The translations under genes were made by a program, and so were the position numbers. Positions 16,931 through 24,000 of a DNA stretch of 24,000 bases are shown one piece after another (within the stretch, counting starts at the first letter, position 1; every line of letters starts with the position of its first letter). The stretch is from Candidatus Acidiferrales bacterium (lineage in GTDB: Bacteria > Acidobacteriota > Terriglobia > Acidiferrales > UBA7541), in assembly GCA_035279845.1 (NCBI GenBank), contig DATEGW010000189.1, positions 1 through 24,000 of the forward strand, in the 5' to 3' direction. The notes beneath the pieces were generated by a model. That model had not been told where the DNA came from, did not search any database, and was given only the letters and a program-made list of their open reading frames with translations.

Positions 16931-17007
16931 TTGATCGGTTTTGGGGGTCGGGACGCGTGGGCATAAAGCCCTTGGGTCGCACATTTTCATCGCTAAGGGG
17001 TGGATAG

Positions 17008-20000
17008 ATGAGAGAAGAAAAGGGTTACATACCCCGCTTCAAGTGTGGGGCGTGGGCGTGTGTCTTGACAGCTCTACTCCTACTATATGTGGGGAGCTTG
17101 CAGCGTACATTGAACGCTCAGACGGTCACGGGACAGATCACCGGCACAGTCACCGACCCATCCGGAGCGATCATTGCAGGAGCAAAAGTCACTCTGACCA
17201 ACACGTTAACGCAGCAGGTTCGGAGCCTGACTAGCAACGCGTCCGGCGATTTCCAGTTTACCGACGTGGTGCCCGGCACCTACCAGCTTCAGATTACGCA
17301 ATCTGGATTCAGCACCTACAACCAAAGCAATATCGTCCTAGGAACGCGCGAAGCTCTGGCACTCCATCAGATCCAGATGCAGGTAGGCGCGGTGACCAAT
17401 GAAGTGACGGTCTCGGCCGTAGCAGCCCGCGTTGAGACGGACACGTCCGGGCACTCCGGTCTCGTTACTGACAGTCAGATTACGAGTATTCCCGACAAGG
17501 GCCGCAACTTCAAAGACTATCTGCAACTTCTGCCAGGAACAGTTAGCGGCGGTCAAACGGACGCACCCGGATGGGGTTCGGGCGCAGTCCAGTTTAACGG
17601 CGGAGACGCCGGTACCGTGCTCGTGCAGCTAGACGGAATCGCAAGCCAAGATACGGGCGCACCGACAAATGGCGGTTACATCTCCCCAAGCGTCGATTCG
17701 ATTCAGGAGATGCGCGTTCAAACCGGCAATGAGAACGCGGAATTCGGCGGACGAGCGGGCGGCACAATCAACGTCGTCACCAAGTCCGGCACGAACTCGT
17801 TCCACGGCGACGTCTACGAATTCAATCGCAATAACTTCTATAACTCCAACGACTACTTCCGGAATCAGAATTCAAGTCCGGCCATCAGCGGCCATCCCGC
17901 GCCTTACAAGTTCAACAACTTTGGCGGTACTCTGGGCGGTCCCATCCTTTTGCCGTTTACTCAATGGAATCGCAGCCGCAATAAGGCGTTCTTCTTTATC
18001 TCCAGCGACAACTTGCACCGGACCACTTCGTCGAATCCTTCCAACCAGACAATGCCTACGCCTGCAGAACGCGCCGGCGTTTTCACAAATCTAACGAAGA
18101 ATCTCACTGATCCGTCAGGCATTGCACCTACATGCACGGGAGGGCCTCCAAATATCACCTGCACGTTCCCGGCCGCCGATATGAACGCGGCGGGACAGAA
18201 ATTTCTCAGTCTTCTGCCTCAGCCGACGTGCAGACGGAGCGGCGACGATACAACTGGGCTCAACGCTCCGCTTGCGGGCTTGCCGACTTGTCCAAACAAC
18301 TCTTTTAATTTCAACTACGTAAATGTGACGCCACACCCGTGGTGGAACGACACCGCGCGGCTCGACTTCAATATTTCGAACAATGAGACGTTCTACATCC
18401 GGCTACTCAAGAATTACGAGCAGACTCAGGGGCAATTCGGGTTCCTGGGCGGCTCCGGTAGCTGGCCGCAGTCACTGATCAACTACACAATCCATAGCGA
18501 TGGAGCGGTGGGAACACTCGTCTCCACCCTGCGTTCGAACCTGGTCAACGAAGTGACATTGGGCACAAATTATGCGCTCCAAACGGTTGACCCATACAAT
18601 AAAGCAGCCCTAGACAACAACAACCGCGCGCTGCTCGGTCTCGGACCGACCGTCCTTCCGGTTCTTTTCCCCGATTCAACAAATGGGGGCGCGCAATCGA
18701 AACAGGTGAATGAACACGACCTGATTCCAAATGTGTCGTTCGGCAGCTTCACGAACGAAAACGCTTCCGTAGGCGGGAGCGATACCGTGGGGAAAGGGAC
18801 GCTTCCAAATTCCCCAAGCTTCAGCTTTGAATCCCGATACCCATTCTTCGGTACGGACAGCGACTGGACGATCACCGATAACCTCTCGTGGGTAAAGGGA
18901 TCGCACAGCTTGAAGTTCGGCGTGTTCTACGAACACGTCTCGCGCACAACAGCGACATACTCTAACCGAACTGGAGCGCAATTCAACGGCGTGCTGAACT
19001 TCAGTTCCTCCAGCACCAATCCGTTCGATACCGGCAACACATTTGCGAACGCTTACACCGGCGTGTACGAACAGTATGCCGAGGATAACGGTCGCAGTGA
19101 CGCTCATGGGTTGAACTACGACATCGAGTGGTTCGCTCAGGATACGTGGAAAGCGACTCGCCGCCTGACACTCGATTACGGAATGCGGTTCAGCATTATG
19201 GTTCCGGACTACTTGCGCAACGGCGAGACGATCGCTCAATTTAATCCCTCGGTCTACAGCGCAGCGCTTCAACCGGGGCTGATTCAGCCATGCCTCAGCG
19301 GAAGCGGGCAACGCGTCGGTTGCGAGAGCGATGGGTCGAACGTTTCGCCTAGCGTGATCGGCCTTTTTGATCCAACCACGTACGCCTCAAACTGCAGCAT
19401 CACCGGCAACGCAAAGTGCCCGTATCAAGGCATGGTCACGTTTCCTGGAAAAGCCTATAACACGCCTCCCGTCGCCATCGGTCCACGCTTCGGTTTCGCG
19501 TGGGACGTCTTTGGAACAGGCAAAACGGCGGTTCGCGGCGGGTTCGGTATGTTTTATGATCGCACCGGCGGCATCGATGACGTGCTGACGCAAGTCGACC
19601 AACCACCCCTTATCCTCGGGCCGTCCATTTATAACGGCACGATCGGGCAGTTGCTTGCGACTCCACCGAGCCAACTTTTTATCGGTCCACAAAGAGCCTA
19701 TGGCAACTTGCGCGACTTCAGCAGCCCACAAGTCTATGACTACAACCTCGGCGTGCAACACGACCTGACGCACGGCGTTTTGTTGGACGTGTCATATGTC
19801 GGCAACGTCTCTCGGCATGGACGAAGGACAACGGATCTCACCACGCTGCCGTATGGCGAGGACTTCCAGTCGCAGTATTTCGACCCGACTCAGCCAGCTC
19901 CAAAACCGGGCAACGCTCCTACTCCGTACCCTGCGAACCTCATCCGCTGCATGGATACGCAGCTCATCTGCGGATACAACAGCGAGCCTTTCGCCACGTT

Positions 20001-20763
20001 CGATGCAAACTCCAACTACCACTCGCTGCAAGCGACCGTCACCAAGCGCTTCGGCAGAGGTCTGACGGCCGGCGCCGCCTATACGTACTCGAAAGTGCTC
20101 GATGAAGGTGGCTGCTGCAACCAGTGGCTTCCTGACAGCTACTACTATGGACCTGGATCACAAGATCGCAGGCACAATCTCACAATCAACTGGTCGTATA
20201 ACATACCCAACAGCCATTTCGAGAACCGGCTCGCCAAGCTGGCAACAAATGGCTGGACCGTGCAGGGTGTTGCCTCCTTCATCTCCGGTGCGCCGGGAAC
20301 CGTGTCTTGGTCTTACAACGGCGATCCAAACGGAGCCACGAATGGAGGCAATCAGGGCGGTCCCACCACGCCCAGCCTAGTTTCCGGCCAGTCTGTCTAT
20401 GGCTCGCGAACATCTGCAACGAAATTCCTGAACGCCGCAGCATTTCAGGCTGCGCCGAACGGGTCAGGGTCCTGCGTGCTAAACGAGCCGACGACGTGCG
20501 GACTCGGCAATGTCTCACCACGCGACGTCTTCACGCAGCCCGGCGTCAATAACTGGGACATCTCGCTGTTCAAGAACGTCCATTACAGTTCCAATGAAGC
20601 GCGATACATTCAGCTTCGCTGGGAAACATACAACACCTTTAATCACACTCAATTCAACAATCTGAGCGGCTCCAGCACGAATGCCAGCAGTTCGTCATTC
20701 GGCAAGGTAACGTCCGCAAAACCACCGCGAATTATGGCACTCGCTGTGAAGGTCTACTTCTAA
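17008..20763 (+). CDS. TonB-dependent outer-membrane receptor with an N-terminal carboxypeptidase-regulatory-like (CarboxypepD_reg) domain, 1251 aa.
   Basis: ATG preceded by AAGGGGTGG. A signal peptide ends ...LNA/QTV. Next comes VTGQITGTVTDPSGAIIAGAKVTLTN...GDFQFTDVVPGTYQLQITQSGF (CarboxypepD_reg), then a plug-like segment (ITSIPDKGRNFKDYLQLLPGTVSG), then a long Gly/Asn/Tyr-rich beta-barrel region. The C-terminus ends ...LAVKVYF with the terminal aromatic residue typical of OMPs. Confidence 0.9.
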   Translation: MREEKGYIPRFKCGAWACVLTALLLLYVGSLQRTLNAQTVTGQITGTVTDPSGAIIAGAKVTLTNTLTQQVRSLTSNASGDFQFTDVVPGTYQLQITQSGFSTYNQSNIVLGTREALALHQIQMQVGAVTNEVTVSAVAARVETDTSGHSGLVTDSQITSIPDKGRNFKDYLQLLPGTVSGGQTDAPGWGSGAVQFNGGDAGTVLVQLDGIASQDTGAPTNGGYISPSVDSIQEMRVQTGNENAEFGGRAGGTINVVTKSGTNSFHGDVYEFNRNNFYNSNDYFRNQNSSPAISGHPAPYKFNNFGGTLGGPILLPFTQWNRSRNKAFFFISSDNLHRTTSSNPSNQTMPTPAERAGVFTNLTKNLTDPSGIAPTCTGGPPNITCTFPAADMNAAGQKFLSLLPQPTCRRSGDDTTGLNAPLAGLPTCPNNSFNFNYVNVTPHPWWNDTARLDFNISNNETFYIRLLKNYEQTQGQFGFLGGSGSWPQSLINYTIHSDGAVGTLVSTLRSNLVNEVTLGTNYALQTVDPYNKAALDNNNRALLGLGPTVLPVLFPDSTNGGAQSKQVNEHDLIPNVSFGSFTNENASVGGSDTVGKGTLPNSPSFSFESRYPFFGTDSDWTITDNLSWVKGSHSLKFGVFYEHVSRTTATYSNRTGAQFNGVLNFSSSSTNPFDTGNTFANAYTGVYEQYAEDNGRSDAHGLNYDIEWFAQDTWKATRRLTLDYGMRFSIMVPDYLRNGETIAQFNPSVYSAALQPGLIQPCLSGSGQRVGCESDGSNVSPSVIGLFDPTTYASNCSITGNAKCPYQGMVTFPGKAYNTPPVAIGPRFGFAWDVFGTGKTAVRGGFGMFYDRTGGIDDVLTQVDQPPLILGPSIYNGTIGQLLATPPSQLFIGPQRAYGNLRDFSSPQVYDYNLGVQHDLTHGVLLDVSYVGNVSRHGRRTTDLTTLPYGEDFQSQYFDPTQPAPKPGNAPTPYPANLIRCMDTQLICGYNSEPFATFDANSNYHSLQATVTKRFGRGLTAGAAYTYSKVLDEGGCCNQWLPDSYYYGPGSQDRRHNLTINWSYNIPNSHFENRLAKLATNGWTVQGVASFISGAPGTVSWSYNGDPNGATNGGNQGGPTTPSLVSGQSVYGSRTSATKFLNAAAFQAAPNGSGSCVLNEPTTCGLGNVSPRDVFTQPGVNNWDISLFKNVHYSSNEARYIQLRWETYNTFNHTQFNNLSGSSTNASSSSFGKVTSAKPPRIMALAVKVYF

Positions 20764-20774
20764 GGAGGCCGGAG

Positions 20775-20806
20775 GGGGATGCGTCCGGCGGGGCGCATCC
20801 CTTCTT
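20775..20806 (+). terminator. Putative intrinsic terminator of the TonB-dependent receptor gene.
   Basis: Starts 12 nt after the TAA stop. GGGAUGCGUCC pairs with GGGCGCAUCCC around a GGCG tetraloop. That is 8 Watson-Crick bp, one G-U pair and 2 further bp. A weak U-rich tail UUCUUCC follows. Confidence 0.5.
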
Positions 20807-20841
20807 CCACTGCGGCAAATCAGTCTGGGAGAAAAGGGCCA

Positions 20842-21132
20842 ATGAGGACGAGTCGGTTCGAAGCGGAAGAAATTATCGACTTACTGAACGAAGCAGCAGA
20901 GGGAGTTCCTGTGCGAGAAATCTGTATCAGGATCGGGGTGAGCGAAGCCACTTTTTATACGTGGAGAACTCGGTACCGAGGGCTGGCTGCGAGCGGCATC
21001 CGGCGTCTGAGGGAATTGGAACAGGAAAATTCGCGTTTGCGCCGGGATTTGGGTAACAAAAATCTGGAAGTCGATGTTCTTAGGGCCGAGCTGAGCAATA
21101 GTCATATAAATCAGCCTACTAGCCATTCGTAA
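20842..21132 (+). CDS. IS3-family transposase OrfA (HTH_Tnp_1 / Transposase_8), orphan with no orfB downstream.
   Basis: MRTSRFEAEEIIDLLNEAAEGVPVREICIRIGVSEATFYTWRTRYRGLAASGIRRLRELEQENSRLRRDLGNKNLEVDVLRAEL closely follows the IS3/IS407 OrfA pattern (SRF..EQII.IL.E.E.G....E.CR..GIS.ATFY.WR.KYGG...S...RLK.LE.EN.RLK). ATG 20842 follows GGGAGAAAAGGG. The track's extension back to 20779 lies inside the terminator hairpin. Confidence 0.85.
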   Translation: MRTSRFEAEEIIDLLNEAAEGVPVREICIRIGVSEATFYTWRTRYRGLAASGIRRLRELEQENSRLRRDLGNKNLEVDVLRAELSNSHINQPTSHS

Positions 21133-21197
21133 AATCGGGACGTCCGGGGGTTAGCTGGAGCCGCGCCCTTCTCCTTTCGGTTTATACTGCTGCGCGC

Positions 21198-23534
21198 ATG
21201 AGACCGTCCACAGCGCTGCACATCGTCACCGGCGGGTCGATCCTCGCGGCCATCATCTTAGCCGGCGGATTGATCGCCCAGCAGAAAACGTCCCGACGCA
21301 CCGCTCCCGGTCTTACCGCCGACACGAACACCTCAGCAAAAGCGGCTGCCAATAGCTATATCGATCCCGCCTGGTGCACGCAATGCCACGCCGATATTGC
21401 AAAGACCTACGCGCTAACGGGCATGGGCCGCTCCTTTTCTAAAATCAACGCGGACACGATGGAGGAGAAGTTTCCAGACGACCAAGCGTATTTCCATGCC
21501 GCCTCGCAAAGCTATTTCGCGATCGTCAAGCACGACGGAGAGGTGTTCGAACGTCGTTGGCAGAGCAGCTTTGATGGACAAGCAGCGAACGTTGAAGAGA
21601 AACGGATCGACTATGTTCTGGGCTCCGGCAATCACGCGAAGACTTACTTGCATCTGACTGCGCGCAACACCCTCCAGCAACTGCCACTGGGTTGGTATGC
21701 GGAGAATGGCGGCACTTGGGGAATGATTCCCGGTTTTGATCGGGCGGATTATCCGGGCTCGACGCGGTTGGTTCATTACGAGTGCATGTTCTGCCACAAC
21801 GGCTATCCGAAAGTTCCGGGCGGGCATTCGGAAGAGGACGCCGAGCCCGTTTTTCAGCAGCCTCTGCCGATGGGAATCGATTGCCAGCGATGCCACGGAC
21901 CCGGCCAGAGGCATATCGAAACCGTCGGGAAACCGGGCGCGACTCTGGAAGAGATTCGCGCTTCAATCGTGAATCCGGCGCGGCTTTCTCCCGAGCGCGA
22001 AATGGAAGTCTGCATGGAGTGCCATCTCGAAACGACGAGCCTACTGCTGCCGCATTCGATTCAACGTGTGAACCGCGCACCGTTCTCGTACATTCCCGGC
22101 CAGCCACTCGCAGACTTTCGGCTCTCGTTCGACCGCGCGCCCGGCCAGAACACCAGGTTCGAAGTAGCGGGCGCCGCGTACCGGCTACGCGAATCGCAAT
22201 GCTTCGTCGAGACGCAAAGGAATGACGACGCCCACCGCATGACGTGCACTACATGTCATGATCCGCACGATGTCCCACGCGGTGAGGCAGCGAAAACGCA
22301 TTACAACGCTGTCTGCAACGAGTGTCACGCCGCTGCAATTGCACAGGCCGTCGCGGGCGGTTCACATCCCTCCGATCCGGACTGCGTCAGTTGCCATATG
22401 CCGAAACGGCGCACGGATGATGCGATTCATATCGTGATGACGGATCATTTGATCCAACGGAAGCCAGCGCCGGATTTGCTCGGCGCGAAGACCGAGTACT
22501 ATGAAACCACGGACACTTCCTACAAGGGCGAGGTAATGCTCTATTACCCGCCAAAGCTTGCGCCGACTCCTGAGAATCAACTGGATATTGCCGCGGCTCA
22601 GGTGAAGGATAAAAGCAATCTGCGCGACGGCATTTCACAACTCGCCGCACTCATCCAGAAATACCGTCCCACAAGCGCCACCTATTACGTGGATCTTGCG
22701 GATGCGCTTCATGCGACGGGAATTGCTGCAGAGTCCGCGGCGATGTATCGCGAAGCTCTCCAACATGCTCCGCACTCGTCTGTTATTTTGCTGAAGCTGG
22801 GTGCCGCGCAAATTGATTGGCAGCAGTGGCCGAACGCGGAAACGACGCTGCGTGGCCTCGTGAACACGACACCGAACGACGCGGTGGCGTGGGCTTTGCT
22901 CGGCCAGGCGCTTTTCCAAGAGAACAAGAACGCAGAAGCCAGGGAAGCGCTGACGAGAGCGGTGAGCCTTGATATCGACATGGCCGAACCACACAACTAT
23001 CTTGGCGGATTGCTCATACGCAGCAACGATTTGGCAGGCGCTGAAAAGGAGTTTCGCGAAGCGGTGCGGCTGCAGCCGAATCATGCGGAGTGGCAGTCGA
23101 ATCTTGCCGGCCTACTTGCGGAGGAAGGCAAAATACCGGAAGCGCGATATCTTTTTGAATTGAGCATTCGGCTCGATCCCAATTTTGCGGGAGCACGACT
23201 CAATTACGGGAGGTTACTTGCAGCGTTGGACGAAAACGGGAACGCCGAAAAGCAGGCACAAGCCGCAGTTGAAGCGGACGCGAACAATCCCTCCGCGCAC
23301 GAGCTTTGGGGATATTTGTTAGCAGCTACAGGCGATGCCAAAGGCGCAGTTCGTGAACTGGGCATAGCCATTCGCCTTCAGCCGGATTTCTGGCGCGCGC
23401 ATTTTGAGCTGGGAACTACATTGCGAATCACCGGCGATGCGACCGGCGCCGCTGAACAACTGCGAATTGCGGCAACAGGAAACGATCCAGAAGTACGGGC
23501 AGCAGCGCTTCAACTGCTGAATGCCGGACGGTAA
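21198..23534 (+). CDS. Membrane-anchored heptaheme c-type cytochrome (cytochrome c554-like multiheme domain) fused to a C-terminal TPR repeat array, 778 aa.
   Basis: The N-terminal hydrophobic helix is IVTGGSILAAIILAGGLIA. Seven CxxCH motifs occur at aa 60, 196, 229, 272, 350, 373 and 396: CTQCH, CMFCH, CQRCHGPGQRH, CMECH, CTTCH, CNECH and CVSCH. From about aa 480 onward there are repeated TPR-like units (for example AWALLGQALFQENKNAEAREALTRAVSLD, HNYLGGLLIRSNDLAGAEKEFREAVRLQPN). Confidence 0.88.
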   Translation: MRPSTALHIVTGGSILAAIILAGGLIAQQKTSRRTAPGLTADTNTSAKAAANSYIDPAWCTQCHADIAKTYALTGMGRSFSKINADTMEEKFPDDQAYFHAASQSYFAIVKHDGEVFERRWQSSFDGQAANVEEKRIDYVLGSGNHAKTYLHLTARNTLQQLPLGWYAENGGTWGMIPGFDRADYPGSTRLVHYECMFCHNGYPKVPGGHSEEDAEPVFQQPLPMGIDCQRCHGPGQRHIETVGKPGATLEEIRASIVNPARLSPEREMEVCMECHLETTSLLLPHSIQRVNRAPFSYIPGQPLADFRLSFDRAPGQNTRFEVAGAAYRLRESQCFVETQRNDDAHRMTCTTCHDPHDVPRGEAAKTHYNAVCNECHAAAIAQAVAGGSHPSDPDCVSCHMPKRRTDDAIHIVMTDHLIQRKPAPDLLGAKTEYYETTDTSYKGEVMLYYPPKLAPTPENQLDIAAAQVKDKSNLRDGISQLAALIQKYRPTSATYYVDLADALHATGIAAESAAMYREALQHAPHSSVILLKLGAAQIDWQQWPNAETTLRGLVNTTPNDAVAWALLGQALFQENKNAEAREALTRAVSLDIDMAEPHNYLGGLLIRSNDLAGAEKEFREAVRLQPNHAEWQSNLAGLLAEEGKIPEARYLFELSIRLDPNFAGARLNYGRLLAALDENGNAEKQAQAAVEADANNPSAHELWGYLLAATGDAKGAVRELGIAIRLQPDFWRAHFELGTTLRITGDATGAAEQLRIAATGNDPEVRAAALQLLNAGR

Positions 23535-23895
23535 CGATGGAGCATCCGGATCGGTGACGAAACAAAAACAAAGCTATGACAAAGCAGAAACACGAATCGG
23601 CGAGCACAAGGCTAAAAGACGTGTGGATTTTTACGCAGAAAACCGCGCGCGCTACCGTGACCACCGCGGCATCGCTACCCGATAGACCGTAGAGAGAATC
23701 TGTTGGAATTGCGGGCCGAATGGTTTACGCTATGCGGCAGTTTTGGGCCAGCCTACAGTTGCCACCAAGACTCCGACGATTCTGCGCTGGTCATGATTCG
23801 ATAGTTTCGAAGACCCTGGGAGCATAAAACCATACCCGCTGTTCCAGGCGGGCTAAACAATCCATTCGGTACAGGGCCAGAAGGAGAATCAGTCC

Positions 23896-24000
23896 ATGAG
23901 GCTCTTCCTTCGCTTGCGAGTGCTTTTGTCCTTTGCGCTGGTATGCGCTTGCGTCCTCTGGGGTGCAGTTGTGCGCAGCCAGGCCCTACCGCAGAGTCCG
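23896..24000 (+). CDS. Exported protein of unknown function. First 35 codons only; the gene continues past the right window edge.
   Basis: ATG 23896 is preceded by AAGGAG with a 9-nt spacing. The translation MRLFLRLRVLLSFALVCACVLWGAVVRSQALPQSP looks like a Sec signal peptide. It is absent from the ORF track because there is no in-window stop. Confidence 0.55.
   Translation, partial: MRLFLRLRVLLSFALVCACVLWGAVVRSQALPQSP

Noticed and set aside
20779-20841. An upstream extension of the IS3 orfA ORF (MRPAGRIPSSTAANQSGRKGP).
   Set aside because: It starts inside the strong terminator hairpin of the receptor gene and carries no OrfA similarity. ATG 20842 has a purine-rich RBS-like sequence.
20851-20866. 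A GGTTCGAA motif resembling a tRNA T-loop.
   Set aside because: It lies within the orfA coding sequence, and no acceptor, D or anticodon stems can be drawn around it.
23535-23895. A 361-nt intergenic region after the cytochrome gene. It includes a 37-codon ORF (ATG 23576, MTKQKHESASTRLKDVW...) and a small hairpin CCCGC-N8-GCGGG near 23845.
   Set aside because: The small ORF has no RBS or recognisable family. The hairpin has only a 5-bp stem and no U-tract. I recognise no riboswitch or sRNA consensus.
1-24000. A scan for CRISPR arrays, tandem repeats, rRNA/tRNA genes, toxin-antitoxin pairs and defence-system signatures.
   Set aside because: I found no regularly spaced direct repeats, no conserved rRNA/tRNA sequence blocks and no nuclease, helicase, methylase or abortive-infection type ORFs. 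Every ORF longer than 200 aa is accounted for by the features listed.

Overview
GC-rich chromosomal segment (GC not computed). The gene content suggests Acidobacteriota/Terriglobia: a very large CarboxypepD_reg-type TonB-dependent receptor and a wHTH-TM-TPR regulator. This taxon call is an inference. All homology calls come from reading the translated ORFs; no BLAST or HMM search was possible.

Layout:
(1) 1-10041, all on the minus strand, is a compact hopanoid biosynthesis block: shc, hpnH, hpnA, hpnG, two tandem MDR zinc-dehydrogenase paralogues, a single-polypeptide hpnC-hpnD fusion, and hpnE (partial, runs off the left edge).
(2) 10269-14094 holds envelope-lipid genes: lpxD and an LpxL-like late acyltransferase (minus strand), divergent from an ArnT/GT39-like glycosyltransferase (plus strand).
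(3) 14126-15970 is a CadC/ToxR-like membrane-anchored wHTH-TPR regulator.
(4) 16013-17007 is a gap of about 1 kb with no intact gene. It seems to hold a frameshifted IS3-family orfB relic.
(5) 17008-20763 is a 1251-aa TonB-dependent receptor, followed by a strong hairpin.
(6) 20842-21132 is an orphan IS3-family orfA.
(7) 21198-23534 is a membrane-anchored heptaheme cytochrome c fused to a TPR array.
(8) 23896-24000 is the start of a secreted protein.

I saw no rRNA, tRNA, CRISPR array or recognisable defence system.

The most interesting item is the pair of translationally coupled MDR dehydrogenases embedded between hpnG and hpnC-D. One has a catalytic Cys-to-Asp change and an NADP-type cofactor signature. 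They are candidates for the still unassigned reduction of ribosylhopane to bacteriohopanetetrol, or for another hopanoid side-chain step. Secondary items are the HpnC-HpnD fusion, a poly-C tract inside the putative shc promoter, split IS3 relics bracketing the receptor gene, and the heptaheme-TPR protein.
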